A stretch of 64,000 bases of DNA from Phycisphaerae bacterium (GTDB lineage Bacteria > Planctomycetota > Phycisphaerae > UBA1845 > Fen-1342), in the NCBI GenBank assembly GCA_050115495.1, contig JASFQK010000038.1:1-64000 (forward strand), given 5' to 3'. Shown in pieces: positions 36,163 through 44,947 of this stretch. Position 1 is the stretch's first letter. Each line of letters begins with the position of its first letter. The notes beneath the pieces were generated by a model. It ran no database searches, was not told the origin of the DNA, and worked only from the letters and a program-made list of their open reading frames with translations. The position numbers and the translations under genes are program-made.

Positions 36163-36630
36163 GTGTCGCCCGAAGACTTCGAGTTTGAGCCGTTGCCGCC
36201 CACGCCGGAGCCGGAGGTTGAGCCGGAGAAGGCGGAGGATGTGGATCCGAATGATCTGTCGTCCTGCCCGCACTGCGGCTATCTGCTGTACAAGCCGTCG
36301 AACCGGATCTGCCCCGAGTGTGGCGGCAAGTTCACCATGGGCGACCTGCGAATCACAAGCGGCCAGAAGCGTCAGCGGCGGAAGTTGGCCGGCACCGAGT
36401 GGGCGCTGACCATTGGCGCGGGTGTGGCCCTTGTTGTTGGTATCGCGGCGAACTACTCCATGTGGTGGGTGGTCTCGCGTTACCGCCCGTGCTACCTGAC
36501 GCCGTTCGTCGTGCTGACGATAGTACTGGTCGTGTACCAACGTGAGTCGGGCCAGCTATTGCACCGCACACTGTTCCTGTTTGCCGCCCTCTGGTGGATT
36601 CTGGCGATTTTCCTCTTCATCATCTCCTGA
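36163..36630 (+). CDS. Membrane protein with N-terminal zinc ribbon
   Basis: AGGAGG RBS and GTG; CPHCGYLLYKPSNRICPECG; 3 TM segments. Confidence 0.75.
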   Translation: MSPEDFEFEPLPPTPEPEVEPEKAEDVDPNDLSSCPHCGYLLYKPSNRICPECGGKFTMGDLRITSGQKRQRRKLAGTEWALTIGAGVALVVGIAANYSMWWVVSRYRPCYLTPFVVLTIVLVVYQRESGQLLHRTLFLFAALWWILAIFLFIIS

Positions 36631-38295
36631 CGGCGGCCGCCGCCGGGCGAGCAGGTAGCCGAGCGGGAACGCCACCGCCAAGCCGATCGGCACGTTCCAC
36701 GGCCAGGCGACCGTGAGCGGTTTGCCGCTCGCCGGCGAGCGATAGGCGCAGATGAAGACCGCAAGCGCCGCTGTCGCGAACAGTAACGCCGTCTGACCGA
36801 TAACCACCCACAGCCTCCCGGCGCTTCCCACCCGCAGTTGCACGAGCCACGCCGCCAAAATGACGCAGACCAGCGCAATCGTCATGTACACCGCCCACGG
36901 CGCGTGCCACGAGACGGCGAGCACCATCACGACCGACAGCGGCGCCGAGTGCACGATCCCCCGGTAATCCACGTTCAGCCGGAAGAGCGACAGGAACAGC
37001 GCTCCCAGCATTCCGCCGGCGGTGTACGTCGCCATGGCCAGCGCCAGGCTGAGGATATCGCCGTAGTGCTTCCGGGCCAGCTCGGCGACGAGGGCCATGG
37101 CGCAGAGCACGATGCCCCAGAAGACGACGAGCACGCGTGAGGCCCGCACGTAATGCCGGTCGTCGTTCACCGCCTCTGGCCGTCGGCGCTGCCGCCACGG
37201 CCGGTAGAACCCGGTGACGACGGTTTGGCTGAGCGCGGCCAGGATCGAATCGAGGCTGGAGATGGCGGCGGCGAACACGCCGGCGATGATCAACCCGGTG
37301 AGGCCGGCGGGGATGCGCTCGATGATGAAGATGGGGAAGACGCTGTCCGGGTTGCCACCGACACGATCCACCGCCGCCGGGCTCATGGGACTGTGCTGGT
37401 AGTACGCGTACAGCGCCGCCCCAACGGTCAGGGCCAGTGCCGTGAGCACCAGGCCGACGCTGCTGGCGATGATCGCCTTGCGGGCCTCGCGTGCCCCGCG
37501 GCAGCAGAACATGCGCTGGGCGATGAGCTGATCGGTCCCGTATGCGCCGAGGCACAGGACCGTGTTGGCCAGCAGGGCGGTCCACAGCGTGAACGCCTTG
37601 TGCGGGTCGCAACTCAGGTCCCACAGCTTGAACTTCCCCGCCTCTCCGGCCACCGTCGTCACCTCTCCCCAGCCGCCCGGCAGCTCGGCCACGATGAACA
37701 CGAGGGCGACGACCAGCCCCAGGGCGAACACGAAGAACTGGATGACGTCGGTCCAGATGACGGTGGTCATGCCGCCCAGCAGCGTCCAGACGATGGCGAT
37801 CGCGCCGATGATCCAGATCGAGGCCCACAGCGGGAAGCCGCTGATCTGCTCGAGCACCACCGCTGTCAGCAGCACGCGCGCGCTCTGGGCCAGCACGCCG
37901 CCCAGCATGAACAGACCGCTGGTGACGTTGTGCACGGGCCGGCCGAGGCGCTGGCCCATGTAGTCATACGGGCTATAGATCTCGCGGGCGTAGTACGCCG
38001 GCACGAACCACACACCGATGATGATCCGGGCCAGGACCGAGCCGATGGCCAGTTGCAGATACGTGAAGTTGCCGCCGGCGGCGAAGACGATCGCCGGCAC
38101 GCTGAGGAAGGTCACGGCGCTGATTTCGGTAGCGACGATCGAGCCGGTGACGGCGAGCCAGGGCAGCTTCCGCCCGCCGAGGAAGAAGTCGCGGATGGTC
38201 GCCTGCCGTCCGGCCAGCCGCGCCCCGAGGATGGTGGTGAAGGCGAGGTAGCCGGCGAGGACGATCCAGTCGATCCAGGTGAAGTGACCTTCGAT
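36556..38295 (-). CDS. Sodium:solute symporter (SSS family), probable non-canonical ATC start
   Basis: IDWIVLAGYL...DFFLGGRKLPW...SIVATEISAVTFL; GGMTTVIWTD; YGTDQ..AQR; AAAISSLDS motifs. Confidence 0.88.
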   Translation of the reverse strand: MEGHFTWIDWIVLAGYLAFTTILGARLAGRQATIRDFFLGGRKLPWLAVTGSIVATEISAVTFLSVPAIVFAAGGNFTYLQLAIGSVLARIIIGVWFVPAYYAREIYSPYDYMGQRLGRPVHNVTSGLFMLGGVLAQSARVLLTAVVLEQISGFPLWASIWIIGAIAIVWTLLGGMTTVIWTDVIQFFVFALGLVVALVFIVAELPGGWGEVTTVAGEAGKFKLWDLSCDPHKAFTLWTALLANTVLCLGAYGTDQLIAQRMFCCRGAREARKAIIASSVGLVLTALALTVGAALYAYYQHSPMSPAAVDRVGGNPDSVFPIFIIERIPAGLTGLIIAGVFAAAISSLDSILAALSQTVVTGFYRPWRQRRRPEAVNDDRHYVRASRVLVVFWGIVLCAMALVAELARKHYGDILSLALAMATYTAGGMLGALFLSLFRLNVDYRGIVHSAPLSVVMVLAVSWHAPWAVYMTIALVCVILAAWLVQLRVGSAGRLWVVIGQTALLFATAALAVFICAYRSPASGKPLTVAWPWNVPIGLAVAFPLGYLLARRRPPSGDDEEENRQNPPEGGKQEQCAVQ

Positions 38296-38469
38296 GGGCA
38301 GGTCTCCCGGGGCTGGGGCGCCGCTGAGCCGGCGCCGGCTCTACTATAGGGCGGTCGGCCCCGGCGAGACACCCCGCGCCGCCGGTGGCCGTTTGCATTC
38401 GCCCGCCGTCTGCGGCACACTGCGGCCAGCGCGGCGAAGACCGAAACCACCGGCGAGGAACAGCGCATC

Positions 38470-38982
38470 ATGCCCGAAGCCAACCGCAACGTCTGGGCCC
38501 CCTGGCGAATGGAGTACATCGACTCGCTGGCCGAACGCGATGCGGGCGGCTGCTTCCTCTGCCGGGCCCTGGCCGCCCCCGAGGACGACGCCGGCAACCA
38601 CGTGCTTTTCCGCGGCGAGCGCACGCTCGTGCTGTTGAACAAGTACCCCTACAGCAGCGGGCACCTGCTGGTCGCCCCGGCCGTCCACGAGTCGCGTTTC
38701 GAGGCCCTGCCCGAGGACATGCTGCTCGAGCTGATGCTGCGCATGCGCGACGCCAAGCGCGTCCTCGAGCAGGCCCTGCATGCCCAGGGCTTCAACATCG
38801 GCCTGAACCTCAGCCACTGCGCCGGCGCCGGTCTGCCCGAGCACCTGCACTGGCACGTCGTGCCCCGCTGGCAGGGCGACACGAACTTCATGCCGGTCCT
38901 CGGCGACGTGAAGGTCATCCCCGAAGCGCTGGACCGCACGTACGAGAAGTTGCGCACCGCCGCGACGGAGTTGGGGCTCTAA
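38470..38982 (+). CDS. HIT family hydrolase (Ap4A hydrolase/phosphorylase-like)
   Basis: WAPWR, CFLC, LNKYPY..GH, GFNIGLN, HLHWHVVPRW.GD.NF. Confidence 0.92.
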   Translation: MPEANRNVWAPWRMEYIDSLAERDAGGCFLCRALAAPEDDAGNHVLFRGERTLVLLNKYPYSSGHLLVAPAVHESRFEALPEDMLLELMLRMRDAKRVLEQALHAQGFNIGLNLSHCAGAGLPEHLHWHVVPRWQGDTNFMPVLGDVKVIPEALDRTYEKLRTAATELGL

Positions 38983-39002
38983 CCCCGGGCAGACGCGCCG
39001 TC

Positions 39003-39147
39003 GCGTCGGCCCCCCGTGGCCGACGTCGAATACCGAACGACATCCCCACCGCTGCACGACTCCGTGGCAAACATGCCCGCGCCTGGGAGCCGGGGCATGC
39101 CACATGGCCGGCGGCGGCACTGGTGGGCAAGCCACCAGTGGCACCCG
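39003..39147. repeat. Composite REP-like palindromic repeats
   Basis: 29 bp at 39003-39031 identical to 58644-58672; 31 bp at 39117-39147 identical to 44628-44658; both are hairpins. Confidence 0.85.
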
Positions 39148-39158
39148 CGCGACCGGCG

Positions 39159-39941
39159 TCAGGGAGTGCTATCGATGACGTGCTGGTCGGTCTCTTCCTG
39201 CTCCGCGCGTGCGGCCGGCGATTGCTGGCCGTTGAGCGGCGCTGTACCGCTCGCCTGGGCCTCCAGACGTGCCGCCCGCCGGGCCGTCACCTGCCGCCGG
39301 CGGCGCCCCCGCCGAAACCGATACCACAGCATGATAGCCGCGACCGCGACGGCGACGAGGATGAGCATCAACCCCTGGGCGTCGCTGAGATAACGCCGCA
39401 GCAGGGGGATCTTGTCGGCGAACCAGTAGCCCAGGTACACAAAGAAGGGGATCGAGAGCAGAGCCCCGGCGCAGTCGGCCATGAAGAAGCGCGGATACGG
39501 AAAGCGCATCGCCCCCGCCGTCAGACACATCACCGCCCGAATGCCCATGAAGAACCGCCCGAAGAAGCAGAACCACATGCCGTACCGGTGAAAGTGGCGC
39601 CGGGCCTGCTCGAGGCGTCGCGGCGTGATCAGCCAGCGGACGAAGCGGTGGTCGACGACCCCCAGTCCCCACCACCGGCCCATCGTGTACAGCACCAGGT
39701 CGCCGGTCATGATGCCCAACAGGGCCACGCCGAACGTCCCCGTCCAACTGGCGATGCCCGGGTACTTGTAGAGCAGCACGCCGGCGGCGATGAGCGGGAT
39801 GTCTTCTGGGATCGGCAGCCCCAGGCTGGCCACGACGAGAATGCCGAGCAGGACGGGGTAGAACGCCTGCTGCATCCCGGCCTCGATGGCCGAGGTCCCG
39901 CTCAGTGCCAGTAGCAATCCCGTCGCCAGCAACAACCGCAT
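39159..39941 (-). CDS. DedA family membrane protein
   Basis: GLPIPEDIPLIAAG; GDLVLY.MGR; GRF..GIR....LTAG. Confidence 0.9.
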   Translation of the reverse strand: MRLLLATGLLLALSGTSAIEAGMQQAFYPVLLGILVVASLGLPIPEDIPLIAAGVLLYKYPGIASWTGTFGVALLGIMTGDLVLYTMGRWWGLGVVDHRFVRWLITPRRLEQARRHFHRYGMWFCFFGRFFMGIRAVMCLTAGAMRFPYPRFFMADCAGALLSIPFFVYLGYWFADKIPLLRRYLSDAQGLMLILVAVAVAAIMLWYRFRRGRRRRQVTARRAARLEAQASGTAPLNGQQSPAARAEQEETDQHVIDSTP

Positions 39942-40165
39942 CCGTGACTCACTGCAGGGCTTTCGCAGCCGCCGGCCGGAATTACCGCCGGAGCGGCGTT
40001 CCGCACCGTGACCACAGTCTGACTCTAGACCGTGCCCTCGCCGACGGCAAGCCGGCTGGCTCCCCTGATTGAATCTGCGCTATGTCCGATACCCGCGCAT
40101 CGCTCGTCCACCGCGGGGGGAGCTGCGGCGGACGAGTGCGGCTCCGGCGACGGTGGTGCGGCCCG

Positions 40166-41398
40166 TTACGTCGCCGCCGGCTGGGCGGCGCAGGGCTTGG
40201 CCGCCTTCTGCGGCGACGAGGCCCGCAGGGCCTTGTCGAGGTCGGCGATCAGGTCGTCGACGTTCTCGATGCCCACGCTCAGCCGCACCAGCCCGTCCGT
40301 GATGTGCGCCTGCTGCCGGGCTTCGGCGCCCATGGAAGCGTGCGTCATGCTCGCCGGATGCTGAATCAGCGACTCCACGCCGCCGAGGCTGACAGCCAGC
40401 ATCCACAGTCCGACGTTGTTCATGACTGCGCGGCCCGCGTCGATGCCGCCGCGGACCTCGAAGCTGATGATCGCCCCCGGGCCGCTCATCTGCTTCTGGG
40501 CGAGCGCGTATTGCGGATGGCTCTTCAGGCCGGGGTACTTGACCCATTCGACCTGCGGGTGGCTCTCGAGGTGCTCGGCGATCTTCTGGGCGTTCTGCGA
40601 ATGCCGCTGCATACGCAGGGCCAGCGTCTTGACACCGCGGTGCACCAGGAACGATTCCATCGGCGGCAGCACGCCGCCGAAGTGGTTCAAGGCCCGCCGC
40701 ATGCGCGAGTACATCGGCTCGTCCTTGACGACAATCATCCCGCCGACGACGTCGGCATGGCCGTTGAGGAACTTGGTGAGGCTGTGTACGACGACGTCCG
40801 CCCCGAAGCGCAGCGGCTGCTGGAGGATGGGGCTCATGAACGTGTTGTCCACGACCAGCAGGGCCCCCTGGTCGTGGGCCAGCTTTGCCACGGCTTCGAG
40901 ATCGGTGATGACCAGCGTCGGGTTGGCCGGCGTTTCGATGTAGATGACCTTGGTGTTCGGCCGCATGGCCTGCCGCACGGCTTCGAAGTCGGAGCTGTCC
41001 ACCATCGTCGATTCGATGCCGAATTCCGCCAGCACCGAATTGACGAGCGTGCAGGTCGGGCCGTACACCGCCTCGCTACAAACGATGTGCTCGCCGCTCT
41101 TCACCAGGGCCGCCAGGGCCGTGTGAATCGCCGCCATCCCGCTCGCGCAGGCCAGGCCCTTGTGCGCGCCCTCCAGGGCCGCCACCGCATCCTCGGCCGA
41201 CTCCACCGTGGGGTTGCCCATCCGGCTGTAGATGTAGCCCTTGGACTTGCCGGCGAAGAGCGCCGCGCCCTGTTCGGCGCTCTCGAAGCCGAACGTCGAA
41301 GTCTGAAAGATCGGCGGTACCGCCGGGTAATACTCGTGGCGGCGAATCCCAGCATGAACGGCCAGCGTGTCCGGCGACAAACCCTCGTGGTGGCTCAT
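40166..41398 (-). CDS. PLP-dependent trans-sulfuration enzyme (methionine gamma-lyase/cystathionine gamma-synthase/lyase family)
   Basis: PIFQTSTF, YSRMGNPT, SGMAA, ETPANP, DNTF, HSLTKFLNGHADV, SLGGVESL, RLSVGIE. Confidence 0.92.
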   Translation of the reverse strand: MSHHEGLSPDTLAVHAGIRRHEYYPAVPPIFQTSTFGFESAEQGAALFAGKSKGYIYSRMGNPTVESAEDAVAALEGAHKGLACASGMAAIHTALAALVKSGEHIVCSEAVYGPTCTLVNSVLAEFGIESTMVDSSDFEAVRQAMRPNTKVIYIETPANPTLVITDLEAVAKLAHDQGALLVVDNTFMSPILQQPLRFGADVVVHSLTKFLNGHADVVGGMIVVKDEPMYSRMRRALNHFGGVLPPMESFLVHRGVKTLALRMQRHSQNAQKIAEHLESHPQVEWVKYPGLKSHPQYALAQKQMSGPGAIISFEVRGGIDAGRAVMNNVGLWMLAVSLGGVESLIQHPASMTHASMGAEARQQAHITDGLVRLSVGIENVDDLIADLDKALRASSPQKAAKPCAAQPAAT

Positions 41399-41753
41399 AA
41401 ACAACCCTTGTCCTTTCGCGAAGTACCTGTGCGCGGGACCGTCACTGGGGGCCTACCGGCCCACCGACGCCCCGACCCTGGCCCCGCCGGCGTTTGCCGT
41501 CCCTGCACTCCGAACGGCCCCCATACCTCCCCCAGCCGGGCGTGGCTGACCCTCAGCCTACGCCTTCGCGGCCATTCGATCAACCTCACATCCGGCTCGA
41601 CCCGCCGCCGGCGACGGGGCTTGGGCTATCCCCGCACCGCGGATAACATCTGGAGAGAGACGCCGCATCGGTCTGCGGTACACGAGCGGGGCCCACGGCC
41701 TGGGGCCGTCTTGGGGACCGGTGGGAGCGAGGCCGACAGGGGACGCAGCCCGG

Positions 41754-42215
41754 ATGTCAGCCGACGATAAGACGCCAGCGATGCCCAAACGCTGCCTCAA
41801 CTGCGGGTACATCGTGGATGGGTTGTCCGATAACCGCTGCCCGGAGTGTGGGCGGGCGTTCGATCCCGACAACCCGAAGACATACTGGAGGACACGCCGC
41901 TCGGGCATCAAGCAGCTTGTATCCAGCCTTCTCGGCTGCTACCTCCTCGCGATGGCCATGGGGGCAGTTGTCATGAGTTGGTTCGCTGTACGCTGGACGA
42001 TGGCGGGAGTCCTGGTGACGGTTCTGCTCATCATTGCGACGACGGCGTGGAGCGGGGCGGCGCTCGCCCAGGGCCAGTCCAAGCCGGTGATTGGCGTTTC
42101 CATCGGGTGGGGCGTCCTTGCCGCGAGAGTCATCGACACGTTGGTCTTGCTGGGGGCGCTCGGCTTGTGGGCCTTGTACAGCGCAGTGATTCTTACGCGG
42201 CCAGTATTGTTCTGA
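41754..42215 (+). CDS. Zn-ribbon membrane protein (tandem paralog 1)
   Basis: KRCLNCGYIVDGLSDNRCPECGRAFDP plus 3 TM. Confidence 0.75.
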   Translation: MSADDKTPAMPKRCLNCGYIVDGLSDNRCPECGRAFDPDNPKTYWRTRRSGIKQLVSSLLGCYLLAMAMGAVVMSWFAVRWTMAGVLVTVLLIIATTAWSGAALAQGQSKPVIGVSIGWGVLAARVIDTLVLLGALGLWALYSAVILTRPVLF

Positions 42216-42306
42216 GGGCGGTGGCTGGCATGCAACGCTGCTGGGGAACGCAAGTGTCCGAAGAGACCGGCAGAAGGCAGCACAGACATTGGCGAGGAGT
42301 GCCAGC

Positions 42307-42744
42307 ATGATGCCGGCGGAGCCCAAACGCTGTCTCGACTGCGGGTATATCCTGGAAGGGTTGTCCGATAACCGCTGCCCCGAGTGCGGGCGGGCGTTCG
42401 ACCCCGCGGTCCCGAAGACGTACTGGACGAAGCGCCACGCGAGCTACGGCGAGCTTGCGTCCAGCTTTGTCGGCTGCTTCCTGCTCATAATGGCCCTGGC
42501 GCCCTCAGCGATCGGCTCCCTCGATGTGCGCGGGGCGCTGTTGAACATCCTGGCGGGGTTGGCGCTCGTCGTTGCAGCGACGGTGTGGAGCGTTGCGGCT
42601 CTGGCGCTCTCGCGCCGCACGCCAGCGAACGCACCTGCCGATGGGGCGGCCCTTCGCGTTGCGCGAGCCATCAACGTGCTGGTCCTATTAGGGGCGCTGC
42701 TGCTGGGGACCGCGTACGTCTTGGCGGCCGTTCGATACATGTAG
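42307..42744 (+). CDS. Zn-ribbon membrane protein (tandem paralog 2)
   Basis: GAGGAG RBS; KRCLDCGYILEGLSDNRCPECGRAFDP plus 3 TM. Confidence 0.78.
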   Translation: MMPAEPKRCLDCGYILEGLSDNRCPECGRAFDPAVPKTYWTKRHASYGELASSFVGCFLLIMALAPSAIGSLDVRGALLNILAGLALVVAATVWSVAALALSRRTPANAPADGAALRVARAINVLVLLGALLLGTAYVLAAVRYM

Positions 42745-42840
42745 TCCTGCCGGCGCGGCCGGCGTGCCGGGTCTCCGGAGGAAACGAATACTCGCAGAAG
42801 CTGGCGCAGAGCGGCACGGAAGCGGATATGGAGGGCCGGC

Positions 42841-43305
42841 ATGATCTCGGTGGAGCCCAAACGCTGCCTCGGCTGCGGGTACATCCTCGATCATCTGCCG
42901 GAGAACCGGTGTCCGGAATGCGGTCGGGCCTTCGATCCGGATGATCCGGAGACGTTTGCCCACCAGGTCGTTGACGGGCGGCTGGCCCTGCGGACGGCCC
43001 TGAGCGCGGTCGGGGCCACGTTGCTGGCGGTCAGCCTGCCGTGGCTAATCGCTGTCAGCTTGGCTCTGCTGCGGGTGTTCGTGGACCCGAGTGACTGGGG
43101 CGGCTCCTCGGGAGATCTGGCGGGCGGCGTCAGCATGGCGCTCCTGATCCTCGCCCTCGCGCTCGAAGTGGCCGCCATATTCGACGTGTGGCGAGCGCTG
43201 CGCCTGCCGCGGTACGCCGTGTCTCGCCGCGAGGAGGTGTTCTACGCGCTGATCGTCACATTCTTGTTGCCCATCGGCGTGGGGCTTCTTTGCGTGCTGG
43301 CATGA
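42841..43305 (+). CDS. Zn-ribbon membrane protein (tandem paralog 3)
   Basis: GGAGG RBS; KRCLGCGYILDHLPENRCPECGRAFDP plus 3 TM. Confidence 0.78.
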   Translation: MISVEPKRCLGCGYILDHLPENRCPECGRAFDPDDPETFAHQVVDGRLALRTALSAVGATLLAVSLPWLIAVSLALLRVFVDPSDWGGSSGDLAGGVSMALLILALALEVAAIFDVWRALRLPRYAVSRREEVFYALIVTFLLPIGVGLLCVLA

Positions 43306-43424
43306 CTCCGACCCGGCGCTCGACGGCCGTCAGACTGTCGCCTCCCCGCGGATCGTCATAAAATGGCCACGCCGCGGCGGCGATCGCGGCGGGGCGCCCG
43401 AGACGCCCGATTTCGCAAACGGAG

Positions 43425-44606
43425 TTGCCCTTGGCCAAACAGACCACCACCCGAACCCGGAAGAAGGCCGTCGGCAAGCGCGACCGCGCCGCCGCCGGCC
43501 AGCGCATCATTCGCCTGGCCCAGTCCGTCGTGCAGCACGTCCGCGACGAAGAGGACCCGTTCGTCGACATCCCCTCGCGCACGCTGTCCAACGTGCAGTA
43601 CGACGAGAAGAAGGGCATCATCGAATTGCTCGACGGCACGCAGCGCCGCTTCTTCTTCTCCCTGCTCGGCCGCCGAAAGGGCGAGGGTTCGCAGGCCAAG
43701 AAGTTCATGCAGACCATCCGCGTCGCCGAGGTCTGTAAGCGGCTGATCGACGCCACCGACTCGACCAGCATCCGTGACCTGTTCTACAACCTGAAAGTCC
43801 CCGTCAGAAGCGCCGACGGCAAGGGCAGCAAAGAGCTGATCTTCACCGAGCAGTCCGAGTCCGACCCCATCATCGAGGACGTCGAGGTCGCCGTCGACGC
43901 CCTGCGCGAGGAGCTCGGCGTCCACGCCGAGAACAAGGGCAACATGGTCGGTCCCATGACCATCGTCGACAACGGCGACACCATCGACCTGACCCGCGTC
44001 GGCTCCGGCGGCTGGGGCGTGCCCAGCATCGTCGAGCCCGACGTTATCCAGTTCAGGAAGCACCAGGCGAAGTTCATCCTGCTCATCGAAAAAGCCGCCG
44101 TCTGGACCCGCTTCAACAAGGATCGCTTCTGGGAAAAGCACAAGTGCATGATCATTCACGGCGGAGGGCAGCCGCCGCGCGGCGTTCGCCGGCTGATCTT
44201 CCGCATGCACAACGAGCTGAAGCTCCCGCTGTACGTGCTGGTCGATAACGACCCCTGGGGCTACTACATCTACTCGGTGGTCAAGCAGGGCTCGATCAAC
44301 CTGGCGTTCGAGTCGCAGCGCATGGCCGTGCCGGCGGCGCGTTTCATCGGCATGTCCAGCCGCGACGCCGAGCGGTTCGATCTACCGTCGCACGTGACGA
44401 TGCCGCTGACGCCGGAGGACCGCCGGCGAGCCCGCGAGATCCGCAATTACCCGTGGTTCCAGTCGCTGGCCTGGCAGCGGGAGATCAAGCACATGGAAGC
44501 GCTGGGCGTGAAGCTCGAGCTCGAAGCGCTGTCCAACAAGAACTTCAGCTTCATCACCGAGACGTACCTCCCGCGCAAGCTCAAGGACAAGCGCTGGCTC
44601 GATTGA
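43425..44606 (+). CDS. top6A: DNA topoisomerase VI subunit A (Spo11-like)
   Basis: IRDLFY (catalytic Tyr), Q.ESD.IIED, IEKAAV, GGGQP.RG.R, DNDPWG TOPRIM, KLELEAL; TTG start (43425 or 43431). Confidence 0.93.
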   Translation: MPLAKQTTTRTRKKAVGKRDRAAAGQRIIRLAQSVVQHVRDEEDPFVDIPSRTLSNVQYDEKKGIIELLDGTQRRFFFSLLGRRKGEGSQAKKFMQTIRVAEVCKRLIDATDSTSIRDLFYNLKVPVRSADGKGSKELIFTEQSESDPIIEDVEVAVDALREELGVHAENKGNMVGPMTIVDNGDTIDLTRVGSGGWGVPSIVEPDVIQFRKHQAKFILLIEKAAVWTRFNKDRFWEKHKCMIIHGGGQPPRGVRRLIFRMHNELKLPLYVLVDNDPWGYYIYSVVKQGSINLAFESQRMAVPAARFIGMSSRDAERFDLPSHVTMPLTPEDRRRAREIRNYPWFQSLAWQREIKHMEALGVKLELEALSNKNFSFITETYLPRKLKDKRWLD

Positions 44607-44627
44607 CCCCCTATGTGGCCGGCATCA

Positions 44628-44658
44628 GCACTGGTGGGCAAGCCACCAGTGGCACCCG
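44628..44658. repeat. REP-like palindrome between the convergent top6A and act operon
   Basis: CACTGGTGG-GCAAG-CCACCAGTG; identical to 39117-39147. Confidence 0.85.
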
Positions 44659-44677
44659 GCCGCTGACTCCCCCCGCG

Positions 44678-44947
44678 CTACGGTTTCGCTGCCGACTCGG
44701 CGACGATCAGCTCCATCGCCCGCTCGATCGGAATGCGCACGATCCCCTTCTCGCGGTCGATCCAGGCGTACGTTTCTTCCGCCGGCGGGGTGATGGCGGG
44801 TTCGACCTGTCGCGAGACCGCCGGCCACGGCCCGCCGTGATAGAGCGTTTGCAGCCCGATGATGATCGGCAGGGCGAGGATAACGGCGGCCGCCGACGCC
44901 AGGATGGCCAGGCTGGGTTTCGGTTGTGCGGGAGCCGGAGCACTCAT
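44678..44947 (-). CDS. actG: Alternative complex III small subunit (ActG-like)
   Basis: TAATG overlap with actF; single TM; YAWIDREKGIVRIPIERAM motif. Confidence 0.7.
   Translation of the reverse strand: MSAPAPAQPKPSLAILASAAAVILALPIIIGLQTLYHGGPWPAVSRQVEPAITPPAEETYAWIDREKGIVRIPIERAMELIVAESAAKP

Noticed and set aside
38112..38642. Programmed frameshift supplying the SSS start from an upstream ORF
   Set aside because: Upstream frames overlap the divergent HIT gene or promoter region and show no slippery site; an RBS-linked ATC start is simpler
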